Positions 20,111-30,223 of a DNA stretch of 64,000 nt are shown here, in pieces (position 1 is the first letter of the stretch; the number at the start of each line of letters is the position of its first letter). Position numbers and translations under genes: made by a program. The stretch is taken from the IMG/VR virus record IMGVR_UViG_3300018494_000083; one strand, given 5' to 3'. The notes under the pieces are model-generated. The model had not been told where the DNA came from, did no database searches, and saw only the letters and a program-made list of their open reading frames with translations. This DNA is from a virus (taxonomy: Duplodnaviria; Caudoviricetes).

Positions 20111-20641
20111 ATGGATACTATTAAGTCCCTGGTAGAGAGCAATGCCAACAACGCAAGAAAGACGAAGAACAATGATCTGTACTTCAAGATCGTTTGTGCA
20201 ATTTGCTCCGACGATTCTTACGTAGCTAAGAATGTAAAAAATATCACCGCTGATGGTGCTGTCATCACTGACGATCTCAAGCTCTCTGTAGCATTCAAGA
20301 GAATCCTCGCTCAGGTACTCAAGAAGAGCACCAGCATGACCGAGGCAGAGGCTTTCGAAGCAGCCAACGGTGTAGAACTCACAACTGATCAGGCTAAGAC
20401 CCTCATGCACATCATTCATGAAGCCGACTATATCATGATGAAGGACTGCAACAAGAAGGTTCAGATGTTCAATAAGCCTGGTTTCGATATCACTCTTTCT
20501 ATCGGCACAGCACCTGAGTCGATTCGTCCCAATCCTCAGAACAGAGCAGTATCTGTCAAGATTGAGGCTCATGACAGACTTCAGGTAAGCCAGAAGATCT
20601 TCGACTTCCAGAAGAAGACCGTAAAGACTCCCAAGAAGTGA
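20111..20641 (+). CDS. Possible HU/IHF-like DNA-binding protein
   Basis: The C-terminal PGFDITLSIGTAPESIRPNPQNRAVSVKIEAH resembles the HU beta-arm (GF...RNPQ...IxIxA). Highly biased codons, AAGGAG RBS. Confidence 0.45.
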   Translation: MDTIKSLVESNANNARKTKNNDLYFKIVCAICSDDSYVAKNVKNITADGAVITDDLKLSVAFKRILAQVLKKSTSMTEAEAFEAANGVELTTDQAKTLMHIIHEADYIMMKDCNKKVQMFNKPGFDITLSIGTAPESIRPNPQNRAVSVKIEAHDRLQVSQKIFDFQKKTVKTPKK

Positions 20642-20665
20642 TTTGAAACAAAAAAAATAAAATAT

Positions 20666-20702
20666 ATGGGAATAGCAACTTAATGCTATTCCCATTCTTT
20701 TT
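20666..20702. terminator. Bidirectional intrinsic terminator
   Basis: ATGGGAATAGCA-actt-aaTGCTATTCCCAT hairpin between convergent genes, with A/T tracts on both sides. Confidence 0.75.
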
Positions 20703-20705
20703 CAA

Positions 20706-21056
20706 TTATTTTTCTTTCGGACTAGAATTTTCTACCGTATCTTTCGGATGATCAATTTTAGCCACGACGGGAGGTTGAATGCCTTTGCGATTAAGAAAGG
20801 TATTCACCAAACTGATTCCTGTGTCGAGAACACGATCGATCGTTTCATCAGTAATATTGATGTTGATCTTAGTGTCGACACGTGCCGAATCAAGCACTCG
20901 GTCAAAAGTAGATTTCTTCTTATTATTTTTGACCTTATATTTTTTCTTCTTTGACTTTTTCTTTTTCTTCTTCTTGGGTTTATCTTCATCCAAGAAGTCG
21001 AACTTATCAAAGTCATCGAAGTCCAAATAAGAAGAATTAGTTTTTTTCTTGCTCAT
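20706..21056 (-). CDS. Lys-rich hypothetical protein
   Basis: 116 aa, AAGGAGG RBS, poly-Lys tract. Confidence 0.7.
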   Translation of the reverse strand: MSKKKTNSSYLDFDDFDKFDFLDEDKPKKKKKKKSKKKKYKVKNNKKKSTFDRVLDSARVDTKININITDETIDRVLDTGISLVNTFLNRKGIQPPVVAKIDHPKDTVENSSPKEK

Positions 21057-21177
21057 AAGACCTCCTTAGAGTTAGAATTGACTTGCTTTACCATATTTAT
21101 ATTGTATATTTAAATTATGGTACCGAAATTTTATTATTAAAAATAAGGCTATTATAGATAGCTTATGAGGTGAAATT

Positions 21178-21480
21178 ATGCCAGAAGTAATCAAACACAA
21201 ATGTGTGTACAGAGAACTGTCCGAGGATGGAAAGACTAAGGTTGATAAGGAAGGAAGATGCATCTGTACACTGGATATCCGTAAGAGATGTCCCAGAACT
21301 CAACCTTGTGTATTCTGTAAAGAAGATGCTCCTCATACTCCTGCGGAAATGATCGCCATTATGAAGACTAATCCGATGGAAGTAGTTGAAGATGTGTTCC
21401 TTGACAGAAAGCTCACAGGACATGAGAAACTCATTGCAGGAAAATTCGTAAAGAAGTATTACACGATTCCTAAAAACTAA
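21178..21480 (+). CDS. Small Cys-rich hypothetical protein
   Basis: 100 aa, GAGGTG RBS, six Cys in the N-terminal half. Confidence 0.7.
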   Translation: MPEVIKHKCVYRELSEDGKTKVDKEGRCICTLDIRKRCPRTQPCVFCKEDAPHTPAEMIAIMKTNPMEVVEDVFLDRKLTGHEKLIAGKFVKKYYTIPKN

Positions 21481-21491
21481 ACGATTGGAGA

Positions 21492-22418
21492 GTGATGCTT
21501 ATGCGAATCTTTTACTCCCCAAATATCAATAAGTTAATCACTTTGTATTTGATGGAGAATGACTATGATCTGTCTCTCAATAAGATAGATTATATCATAA
21601 ATAGTCGTCCAGATGTTTTGGAAGATTTATTAAGTATCATTCATCTTGTGCTTGAACACAAAAAATCGTTCACTATATTGGGTAGAGAGGCTATCCCTCA
21701 CGACAAGAAGTTTTATCTTCGAGCTTCGTTGAAGGATATAGTCTCTCACCTGAATAGTAACCCTGAAGATGATGACCTGAAATCTATATTAGATAAGATT
21801 CCATCATCTTTGATAAGTCAGTTGATTGAAGATCGAATCATCAGGCATAAGAAAAAAGATACATATTCTCCATTGTTTGCGTCCTCGAAGAAGGACGTAC
21901 AACTCTCTATTTTTTTCCTTGATGACATGCAAGAACTCGACGGCAACCTAGCGATTTGTAAAAGATTGCGGTTTCCACCCGAATTAATTAGAGAGCTTTT
22001 CCCACTTACCATTAGGTTATTCATACCTAAGGACATTACCTTTTCCGTCCCTGATGGAAAGTTGATATATAAATCTCCACTATTCGTTAAAGATCATCTC
22101 ATAACTGAGAATCTTAAAGAATCTTCTAAACGAGAAAGAACTCTTGCTAAGTATAAAGCAACGATTGATACTATGCTATATGAGACCACTGGATGTGAAA
22201 TGTATCTATCTGGAAATACTGTCTACTCTACAATCATCACAATGAATATCGAAGATTGGATAAGATTCATAGATACCACATCTAAGATTGATCAGAATTA
22301 TGATCATCCTGTAGTTAGTGCAATTCCATATTTTGCTTATCAATACAGACATCTATATGAACTTCTCGGAACTCATGAGTGGAGAATGAATCTAAGTAAA
22401 ATTGTAAAAGGAGGTTGA
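21492..22418 (+). CDS. Hypothetical protein
   Basis: 308-aa ORF in an operon. Confidence 0.7.
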   Translation: MMLMRIFYSPNINKLITLYLMENDYDLSLNKIDYIINSRPDVLEDLLSIIHLVLEHKKSFTILGREAIPHDKKFYLRASLKDIVSHLNSNPEDDDLKSILDKIPSSLISQLIEDRIIRHKKKDTYSPLFASSKKDVQLSIFFLDDMQELDGNLAICKRLRFPPELIRELFPLTIRLFIPKDITFSVPDGKLIYKSPLFVKDHLITENLKESSKRERTLAKYKATIDTMLYETTGCEMYLSGNTVYSTIITMNIEDWIRFIDTTSKIDQNYDHPVVSAIPYFAYQYRHLYELLGTHEWRMNLSKIVKGG

Positions 22419-22963
22419 CTATGTCTTCCTACTTACATAAAGCGATCATCCTCGCAAATTGGCATCCATCTGATAAAGAGCAACTTCAAACTGTCGTAAT
22501 GGAAACGAGAGGAATGAAAGTTTGCTCAGTACTTTATGTTGATGATGCAGGATCTATTAAGTCGGATAAAGATACCGTTAAGGCTAATCTCAAATCTGAA
22601 CTTTATAGTGATATGTACGATGATGATCTGAAGATAAAGGTTAAAGAAGCATTCGACGGTAAGGATGCTATCAAATATATAGTAAAGTATCTCGACAAAA
22701 TCTGGGATGAGGAACTTCAGGTTTACTTCTACCACCCAGATGAGGATACTTACGAACTTCTCCAGAAGAAGATAGAGGAAACGAATGGAAGAATCTATAT
22801 GGATGACTACCATTCTATTTTCTCTGATAAACGAGACATTGCAAAAGATATTAAAGAGATTATGCGAGATGAGGGTCTTAAGATGGAAAATCTCATCGAT
22901 GACTCACAACTCTCCTTTGTTTATTATCTCACTGCACTTGTCGAAAGATTGAATACCAGATAA
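22415..22963 (+). CDS. Hypothetical protein
   Basis: 182 aa, AAGGAGG RBS (ATG at 22421 likely). Confidence 0.7.
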   Translation: MTMSSYLHKAIILANWHPSDKEQLQTVVMETRGMKVCSVLYVDDAGSIKSDKDTVKANLKSELYSDMYDDDLKIKVKEAFDGKDAIKYIVKYLDKIWDEELQVYFYHPDEDTYELLQKKIEETNGRIYMDDYHSIFSDKRDIAKDIKEIMRDEGLKMENLIDDSQLSFVYYLTALVERLNTR

Positions 22964-22986
22964 TCAGTAAATTGTCTGCTTATTGG

Positions 22987-22998
22987 AACATTTCAATA
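22987..22998 (+). promoter_or_regulatory. Putative late promoter AACA-N6-TA
   Basis: AACAtttcaaTA upstream of 23023. Confidence 0.5.
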
Positions 22999-23022
22999 TA
23001 ATGAAAGAGAGGATACATATAC

Positions 23023-24093
23023 ATGATTTGGAACGAAACACCGAGCGACTTCATCCTGTTGGGAGCTGATATGTTGTCTCCAGTTAATAAGAATGACGTT
23101 GTTCTAATTCACAGAAACAAGTATATGCGGATTTTCAAATCTGGATACAATAATAGTCCAGTAGATATTAATATCATTGAACAAGCTCTGGAAATTTTGC
23201 TCTCTAGCGATGACGGACTTTCTGATATGGTTGACTCTTATATTGAATATGCGTTCAATAAGGAGGCTCCATTCTGTCCGGTTGTCTGCACTAAGAGAAT
23301 GGATTGGTGCTTAAACCAAATTCGATATATTCACGAAAAGGATAGACTTCTTTTCAGAGATATCTTCAGCATCGGAATTGTAGAAACAAATGATAATATC
23401 GATTCTCCTGAATGGAAAAAGTTTGTTAAATACATGAATCTGAAGTTTAGGGATCTCACTAAGAAGTATCCTTTATTTGAGCACTTCCATCTTTATGATG
23501 ATTCTACCGATAATGACTACCGTATTCTTACCTTAGAATGTGGCAATATCGTAGACTGGCAACCAAAGTTCAATAAAAACACCACTATTATTACAACTAA
23601 TAACCCCACAGTTATCAATGCCTACCGAAAGGTATCTGATAGCTATAAGTTATTCCAGTTCAATCCAGATAGTATCTCTCACATGAAACCGCATGTAGAA
23701 ACCCACGTTGAAACCTTTACTCGTATTCATAACTGCAAGACTGCTCAGGAAGTCATTGAGATGTATAGAACTATCAATAATAATATCATGGGCTTTCTCA
23801 ATGGATATGAGAGAGGTAATGAAGATGATGTATCTATCGACGCTTATAATACATTCATTTATTCACTCACCGATGATATCGAAGCAGTGAATGTCTTGAA
23901 GGATATTGAGATCGAAGATCCGTCACTTCTTGATGATATGTATTGTATCATTAACACATGCTTAATGTATATTAAGGACCGCTATATGGGTCAGGTTGGA
24001 CTTCATTCTGAGGTCTCTACTATGGCTATCATTTATAGAGGTCAACTTATTCGAAATAAAGATTTGTTAAAACAAATTAGGAGGTCACTATGA
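23023..24093 (+). CDS. Hypothetical protein
   Basis: 356 aa, GAGG RBS. Confidence 0.75.
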   Translation: MIWNETPSDFILLGADMLSPVNKNDVVLIHRNKYMRIFKSGYNNSPVDINIIEQALEILLSSDDGLSDMVDSYIEYAFNKEAPFCPVVCTKRMDWCLNQIRYIHEKDRLLFRDIFSIGIVETNDNIDSPEWKKFVKYMNLKFRDLTKKYPLFEHFHLYDDSTDNDYRILTLECGNIVDWQPKFNKNTTIITTNNPTVINAYRKVSDSYKLFQFNPDSISHMKPHVETHVETFTRIHNCKTAQEVIEMYRTINNNIMGFLNGYERGNEDDVSIDAYNTFIYSLTDDIEAVNVLKDIEIEDPSLLDDMYCIINTCLMYIKDRYMGQVGLHSEVSTMAIIYRGQLIRNKDLLKQIRRSL

Positions 24094-26117
24094 TTGAACT
24101 TATTAAATCATTATGTGAAGATGTAAACACATCTGTTAACGATGCGTATGCTGATGACGCCGATGCACTCGGCTCAGCTCATGTTAACTTCTCTAACTAT
24201 GCAAAGAAAAAGCTTGAGCAGACTGTATCTAAAATAAGAGCAATTATATCTGGCTTTGAAGACATCAAGGTTAGAGGAGAGAATGAGTTTTGTCGTCAGT
24301 ATGTGCTTTGTCCCATGGATGGCAAGGAATTCTTTATCCTTAAGGAAGAGTATGAGAAGGAACTTGATAAGATCTTTACTCATGCTGCTACTCTCGATAG
24401 CGACTGCGTTCAGGACTATCTCAGAAAAGAATTCATCGGTCTTGTTATCGTAGATAATGGAACCTTTGACTGTGAAACTTATGATTGTCTCAAATCTAAG
24501 CTCACTGAGAAAGTTGATTCCATGGGTCTTAACGACACATTTATCAATAGCTTCGTAGAGAGAACCAAAGGTTTTATTCTCGAAGCTCAGGAGATCCTTG
24601 TTGGTCTTACCAATAAGATTCTCAATGATAACGTAACTACTGTCAAGGACTACGAGATTGCTGTTGAGATGGTTAATGAAACTGAAAAGTTTGTTAACAC
24701 TCTCGTCGAAATCTATACTCAGTCTTATATCAGAATGTATGAGGCTACCAAGGAAAGACAGAGTTCCGAAACTCAGGTCGCTGCAGATCAAGCATACGGC
24801 GATCTCACTAAGATTGAGGGTGAAGTTGAGAAGTGTAAAGCAGTCCAGGATAAATGGGTTGCTATTCACAGCGAACCCAATGTCGAGCTTGATAAGAAGA
24901 TTCAAACTCTCACTGAGAAGTGTGCAGAAGCAAGACAGAAGTATATTTCTTGCAATGAAGAGGCTACTAAAGAATCCGAAGAGTCTGTCGCAAAGTATAT
25001 TCAGAGTCTCAATGCTTGTGTAAAAGAGATTCGTGATTTCTATGCTACTTATGAGCGTAAGGAATTTCTTGAGTCTCGTGAGAAGAGAATTGAAAAGATG
25101 GAAGACTATGTAAAGGGTGCACTTGAAAGAAAGTATCCTTTGAGAATTCCGCTTTATAAAGTTGATAACGCATCGAAGGATGTCAAGGAGATTATTCGTA
25201 ATGAATTTATCCCTGCTATCTCTGAGATTGCTGACAAATATAAAGAGTATATTATTCTGGCTCCTAAGTTTGACGATGAGTCGGATGATATGTTTATCTA
25301 TCTTACCCTTCGTGAACCTCATGGCGATGAAGGTGATAAGGAAGTAAGAGCTGCTGATATTGATGAGAAGACTATCAATGAAGCCGCTGAAAAGATTTTC
25401 GTAAAGCCTAACGGTGATTACATCGTACATTCCAATGGTGGTTGTGCTGTGTATAGCTCTCATGATGTCTATAAGGGTCACGTAAGTGGCGAGACTGATG
25501 AAGAGTGCATTAAGAACTTCAAGCTTAATAAACTCACCGAGGCTGCTGATCTTCCTGGTAAGGGAGATTATTCCATCGATAAAGATGGTCGTCTCTATGT
25601 AGTAACTCTCAATGGACAGTTTATCGGTAACGGCGGCTCCTATGATGAAGCTCGTGAAATTATCGATGATGATATCCGTGAGAAGAAGCACGCTACTCAG
25701 AATGAGGCGACTCTCACAGTTGAAGAAAGAAAGCAACTGAAGAAGTCTGACTTTGGTGTTCCTGAGATTATGGGTTATCCCCTTAATGATGAGGAGCATA
25801 TCAGAAAGGCTATTCAGTTCTTCCAGTATTGCAAACCTCAATATAAGGACACTCTTGCAAAGAACATCGTCAAGAAAGTTATCGAATTCCGTCTTGTTGG
25901 TAAGGTGAATATCACTGCTAAACATCCTGGAAAGAAGTACTTCCCTGAGTGGATGCTCGATACTGCAAAGCCTGAGTTGAAGGTTGACGAGGACAACACA
26001 TATACCATTACTGTAGATGGAAAGCAAGTTGCAAGTGGAACTATCCACAAGGAGACTGAGTCCACAATTAATGAGTCGGTAATTATCGATCCTAAGACTG
26101 GACATTTCTATCTATAA
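24090..26117 (+). CDS. Hypothetical protein, possible processed virion protein
   Basis: 675 aa, coiled-coil N-terminus, repeated INEA/LTEA/QNEA/INES motifs separating small domains. Confidence 0.65.
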   Translation: MIELIKSLCEDVNTSVNDAYADDADALGSAHVNFSNYAKKKLEQTVSKIRAIISGFEDIKVRGENEFCRQYVLCPMDGKEFFILKEEYEKELDKIFTHAATLDSDCVQDYLRKEFIGLVIVDNGTFDCETYDCLKSKLTEKVDSMGLNDTFINSFVERTKGFILEAQEILVGLTNKILNDNVTTVKDYEIAVEMVNETEKFVNTLVEIYTQSYIRMYEATKERQSSETQVAADQAYGDLTKIEGEVEKCKAVQDKWVAIHSEPNVELDKKIQTLTEKCAEARQKYISCNEEATKESEESVAKYIQSLNACVKEIRDFYATYERKEFLESREKRIEKMEDYVKGALERKYPLRIPLYKVDNASKDVKEIIRNEFIPAISEIADKYKEYIILAPKFDDESDDMFIYLTLREPHGDEGDKEVRAADIDEKTINEAAEKIFVKPNGDYIVHSNGGCAVYSSHDVYKGHVSGETDEECIKNFKLNKLTEAADLPGKGDYSIDKDGRLYVVTLNGQFIGNGGSYDEAREIIDDDIREKKHATQNEATLTVEERKQLKKSDFGVPEIMGYPLNDEEHIRKAIQFFQYCKPQYKDTLAKNIVKKVIEFRLVGKVNITAKHPGKKYFPEWMLDTAKPELKVDEDNTYTITVDGKQVASGTIHKETESTINESVIIDPKTGHFYL

Positions 26118-26145
26118 CTCTATTAATATTAAGTGAGGTATTGAT

Positions 26146-26859
26146 ATGAGAATTCCAAGGGTATATAAACGAGACGGAACTTCTGACCCGAGTATCAAGA
26201 AAACGATTCTCGAAGTCGAAGCACTTCCTGTCGTTGAGTATGATCCTGATGTAGACTTTGATGATGACAAATCGGTCAATCGCTATATAAGAGCCATCAA
26301 GGGAGCTATCAGATCATCCAACGAATACAAGAGACTTATGCGATTCCTCAAGGATAAGTGTGAGTTTAACAAGTGTTTCTTCTTGCCGAGAGTTAAACGT
26401 ATGAGAGATAGCAATATCATGATCGAGATGCATCATACGGGATTTGTAATGGAAGACATTATCGTCACAGTTCTCAGAAAGAGATATAGTGAAAGAGAAG
26501 ATTATGGTGTGCAGGCAGTAGCCGAAGAGGTTATGTATGAGCACTATAATGGTAACATTTCGTTGACTGCTTTGTCATCGACTATGCACTCTCTTATTCA
26601 CGAAGATGATAGTGGACTCTTTATCCCGCTTCAGATGGTTGATTATGGCGATATCAATCTCTTCGTTGAGAAGTACAAGGAATGGGTTCCGAAAGAGACA
26701 ATGAAGAAATTCAGTCAGTACCAGATTCTCAGTTCTGCTATTGCACGAATTGATGATATTATTCCTGACTATCTTGATAGAAACTTTATCTTCTTCAAGA
26801 AAGAAGGAGTCGAAGTACCTGATATGAATAAAATTCTTGAGCTTATTGAACTCGAATAA
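26146..26859 (+). CDS. Conserved jumbo-phage protein with HNH-like His motif (paralog of 40111-40761)
   Basis: IEMHH...EDII...EHY...MHSLIH...LFIP, shared with the 40111-40761 protein. Confidence 0.5.
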   Translation: MRIPRVYKRDGTSDPSIKKTILEVEALPVVEYDPDVDFDDDKSVNRYIRAIKGAIRSSNEYKRLMRFLKDKCEFNKCFFLPRVKRMRDSNIMIEMHHTGFVMEDIIVTVLRKRYSEREDYGVQAVAEEVMYEHYNGNISLTALSSTMHSLIHEDDSGLFIPLQMVDYGDINLFVEKYKEWVPKETMKKFSQYQILSSAIARIDDIIPDYLDRNFIFFKKEGVEVPDMNKILELIELE

Positions 26860-26865
26860 AATAAC

Positions 26866-26897
26866 GCAGATAGGGAGAAATCCCTATCTGCTTTTTT
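26866..26897 (+). terminator. Intrinsic terminator
   Basis: GCAGATAGGGA-gaaa-TCCCTATCTGC + T6. Confidence 0.85.
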
Positions 26898-26917
26898 GTG
26901 TTTTCTTGGATAGTGCT

Positions 26918-26927
26918 TATACATTAT
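26918..26927 (+). promoter_or_regulatory. Putative early promoter motif TATACATTAT
   Basis: Exact 10-mer recurring at 26918, 33431, 49325, 54221 and 59632, always intergenic and upstream of non-structural gene blocks. Confidence 0.6.
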
Positions 26928-26985
26928 AAATGTGAATAACGGCATGTTAAAGAAAAAAGTAATATTTGAAAAGGAGGAAATAATC

Positions 26986-27495
26986 ATGTCGAACAAAGAA
27001 ACCTATACACCTCGCAGAAAAACTGCAGACCGAGCAAACATTCCAAAGTCTCAGCAGGAGGCTTATGACATTCTTGATAAACTCAGAGAATGTCCTAGTT
27101 TAATCCCCGATGATCTATCCAAGAGACCGACTAAAGAATTAATGAAGGTCTGTGCAGAAACCATACAACAAATTCATGTTGGAAGTGCATCTCTTCGCGC
27201 ATACGCAGTTGATACTAAACGCGAAATTGAAAACCTTGCGAATGATGTCAAGATTCAAAGTGAGATGCTCAATCGTCTTTACCTTGACGTTATTATGAAG
27301 GCTATCAATATCTTATTCTATACTAACGAGTGTGTAAGAAATTTGGTAACTAACGACAATCGCAAAGAACTATCTGAGATTCTTAGGACTTTTAATCATT
27401 TGTATAAAATTCTTGCAAATGAAAAAAGATCTATTGAAACCATGATCGACACACTAAAATTCATATCGGTGAAAATATGGGGAGATGAACAATGA
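26986..27495 (+). CDS. Hypothetical protein
   Basis: ORF 26932-27495; ATG at 26986 follows AAGGAGG. Confidence 0.7.
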   Translation: MSNKETYTPRRKTADRANIPKSQQEAYDILDKLRECPSLIPDDLSKRPTKELMKVCAETIQQIHVGSASLRAYAVDTKREIENLANDVKIQSEMLNRLYLDVIMKAINILFYTNECVRNLVTNDNRKELSEILRTFNHLYKILANEKRSIETMIDTLKFISVKIWGDEQ

Positions 27496-27791
27496 AAAGA
27501 ATTCTTACACTTTTACTTATCATAATTATATTGAGCTTTGTCCTTATTAGTTGCACATCAAACTATGATGACCAACTAAATGTTGATGAACCTTGGGTAC
27601 TCATCTCATATTCGGGTGATAAATACAGGATCCATCAAAAAGTTCTTTATAATACTGAAACCGAATTAACCTACATCTACGATTACAGATGGGCACATGA
27701 AAACGGTATATATATCGTTACTAACCAAACTTTAACAATTGTTGATAAACAGGGTAATATCATCGGATGTAATATTATAGGAGGAGAATAA
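27492..27791 (+). CDS. Putative lipoprotein
   Basis: MKR + hydrophobic stretch + LISC lipobox-like sequence. Confidence 0.55.
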   Translation: MKRILTLLLIIIILSFVLISCTSNYDDQLNVDEPWVLISYSGDKYRIHQKVLYNTETELTYIYDYRWAHENGIYIVTNQTLTIVDKQGNIIGCNIIGGE

Positions 27792-27793
27792 TC

Positions 27794-28225
27794 ATGGAAG
27801 ATAATTTTTATCCAAAGAATCTGGATGACGCAAAAGATTATATAAAACGTGCAGAAATATTTCTTCACTCTATGACAATCGATAATGTACATGATTCTGC
27901 GTTATGTATTCATTCTATTGCATCACAAATAAATCACTGGTCGACGTGTGAAAAACGAGTAATTGAAGGCAGGTTTATTGATGATCTCAGTTTATTGATT
28001 GATATTCTGGATCAAATATCATTGATAGTTGCCAAGTCTATCAATATGATATACGATTTCAGACGTATGCTCGATTCTCAAACTGATATTCCGTTTGAAA
28101 AGCAACTCGATTATCTCTTTGCTGACCAGAGTAATATCATTTGTACTACTCGCATATACAGATATGTCTTAACAAAACTTCAGGAGGAACAAAATGAACA
28201 AACGCAAACTGAAGAAAAGAAATAA
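27794..28225 (+). CDS. Hypothetical protein
   Basis: 143 aa, GGAGG RBS. Confidence 0.65.
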   Translation: MEDNFYPKNLDDAKDYIKRAEIFLHSMTIDNVHDSALCIHSIASQINHWSTCEKRVIEGRFIDDLSLLIDILDQISLIVAKSINMIYDFRRMLDSQTDIPFEKQLDYLFADQSNIICTTRIYRYVLTKLQEEQNEQTQTEEKK

Positions 28226-28379
28226 AAAGCTTGAGCTCTTTGCTATTAGTTTTGTCTCTTCTTATCGAGAACTAAAAGAGCAAGACCGTTCTTATCATGA
28301 GTATATCTTGAGAGAACAGAGAAGAAAGCGATACCTCAAACAACACAACGTTACACCTGCGGAAACATTTGAATTTTAA
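28194..28379 (+). CDS. Small basic hypothetical protein
   Basis: 61 aa, AGGAGG RBS. Confidence 0.55.
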   Translation: MNKRKLKKRNKKLELFAISFVSSYRELKEQDRSYHEYILREQRRKRYLKQHNVTPAETFEF

Positions 28380-28389
28380 TGGAGGAACC

Positions 28390-28857
28390 ATGAATAACAA
28401 AATCAATAATATATGCAACATCAATCTCGACATCATGATCGTCATTGAGTTGGAAGATCATGCTACGGTTAAGAAAGTAGGAAATCAGATTCATAACCAA
28501 CTTAAAGGAAATCCTGATTATGTAGGATCTGCAATCCTATTGAATCTTTCTGATGAAGATTCGGAACATGAAGTTCGTCTCTACTTCTTCAAGGATCGTA
28601 TCACTACACCATATGTGGTTCTCAGCTATCTTGCTATCAGAAGTTGCCGAATCCGTGTCAATACTTCTTCTGAAAAAGAATTTATCAGGAGAGTTGATCG
28701 TTATTGGCAACAGCTTGCCACAATGGGCGATAAGCACTTTATCTCGATCAATACATCTAATACGACAGATGAAGTTGATTTCGAGAATGAGATTATTGTA
28801 ACCATGAATCTCAAACCCGATCTCAGCACACATCATGTCGACATGTTTATTTTATAA
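28390..28857 (+). CDS. Hypothetical protein
   Basis: ORF 28369-28857; ATG at 28390 follows GGAGG. Confidence 0.65.
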   Translation: MNNKINNICNINLDIMIVIELEDHATVKKVGNQIHNQLKGNPDYVGSAILLNLSDEDSEHEVRLYFFKDRITTPYVVLSYLAIRSCRIRVNTSSEKEFIRRVDRYWQQLATMGDKHFISINTSNTTDEVDFENEIIVTMNLKPDLSTHHVDMFIL

Positions 28858-28872
28858 TGAAAGGAAACTATC

Positions 28873-29388
28873 ATGAAACTCGAACTCTCTACATACCTTA
28901 GAAATCTTCTCGGAACCGAGTTGTATCTTAAAATGAAAGAGGTTGCATATCAACCTAAACAACTCAAGCTCTTTATAGCTTGTGGACAAACAGCACTTCA
29001 TCTTACTTCTGATAAGGCAATGAAAGAAAAGATTTCTCTCTTTAACTTCCGCGATAAAAAGTACGATGAGACTCTCTATCTTGTAAGCATTGGAAGTTGC
29101 TTGGAACCTAGGAATATGGAACCCATCGAGATCCTTACTCAGAGCGAACTCGATAAACTTTATATCTACCAGGCAGACGTCAACGAAGATGGAAACTACT
29201 GTCTTCTCAGAAAAGGTTGGGATCATTCTGGTCTTAACTTTGGCATGAATGTCTTCACTACCGAGCCTATCAAAATGGAAGGTGATGAACTTATCCTGGA
29301 TGGCGAGTATGGAAGAAACTTTGTTTGGACTGGAGACACAATGATGTGTACTCTATCTGAATTCATCGCAACAAGAAAGGAGAACTAA
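28873..29388 (+). CDS. Hypothetical protein
   Basis: 171 aa, AAGGA RBS. Confidence 0.7.
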   Translation: MKLELSTYLRNLLGTELYLKMKEVAYQPKQLKLFIACGQTALHLTSDKAMKEKISLFNFRDKKYDETLYLVSIGSCLEPRNMEPIEILTQSELDKLYIYQADVNEDGNYCLLRKGWDHSGLNFGMNVFTTEPIKMEGDELILDGEYGRNFVWTGDTMMCTLSEFIATRKEN

Positions 29389-29389
29389 A

Positions 29390-30223
29390 ATGGCAACACC
29401 AAAAAGATTCGGGATTGACGAAGTCCCAATGCGCGGATACGGAACTTTGTATCCATACAATACCCAATCGGGATATGATGTTTTCTTTCCCGATACAACA
29501 AGACCGATTCCCTTCGTTTTTGCTGATGAGAGAATCAAGAGAAGAACCAAACCCATCGTAGGTCAGGCATTCTATGTTTACGACGTGGAGGCTCTCTATG
29601 GAGAAAGTTTTAAGAACCTTCCTCTCGGTGCCATGGTTTGTCAACTGAATAAGTCTGGCGAACCTCGAGCAAAGTATTTCATGGGATGTCTCATCACACC
29701 GTTGCCTATCCCCGATGAGGTTCTCGAGAAGAGATACTTCTATCTCTTTGATCCGGAGGATTACGCAAGAGCAAGAGCCAACGAGAGAAATCTCAACAAC
29801 CCGATCATCCTCACCGAGCAGATCTTCCAATTCGATATCTTCCAGTTTATGGAGAATACTGCATTTGGAACAGACCGCTATGGAATTGAACCTGTGGTCG
29901 TTAAGTTCGGATACTACTCTGTCGCAAATAAAAAGATCATGAGAGATGGTCAGTATGGAATGCTCGATATCAAAAACAGAGAATTCCATCGTATTGCATA
30001 TCCCAATAACGATAAGGGTAATTTCCCTGAGAAGGGCTGGTATGCAAGAACCGGAGGAGAGTCTTGCTATCTGAACAAAAATGCCACCGGATATTATGCA
30101 GTGACCCAGATGGTCGGTCTTGACTATCTCTTCCCGACAATTTCCGGTATGGACGAAATCTTCAACGAAAACGAAAAATACCTTAAAGATACATTTAAGG
30201 AGAAATGGCAGGAAATAAAATGA
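29390..30223 (+). CDS. Hypothetical protein
   Basis: 277 aa, AAGGAG RBS. Confidence 0.75.
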   Translation: MATPKRFGIDEVPMRGYGTLYPYNTQSGYDVFFPDTTRPIPFVFADERIKRRTKPIVGQAFYVYDVEALYGESFKNLPLGAMVCQLNKSGEPRAKYFMGCLITPLPIPDEVLEKRYFYLFDPEDYARARANERNLNNPIILTEQIFQFDIFQFMENTAFGTDRYGIEPVVVKFGYYSVANKKIMRDGQYGMLDIKNREFHRIAYPNNDKGNFPEKGWYARTGGESCYLNKNATGYYAVTQMVGLDYLFPTISGMDEIFNENEKYLKDTFKEKWQEIK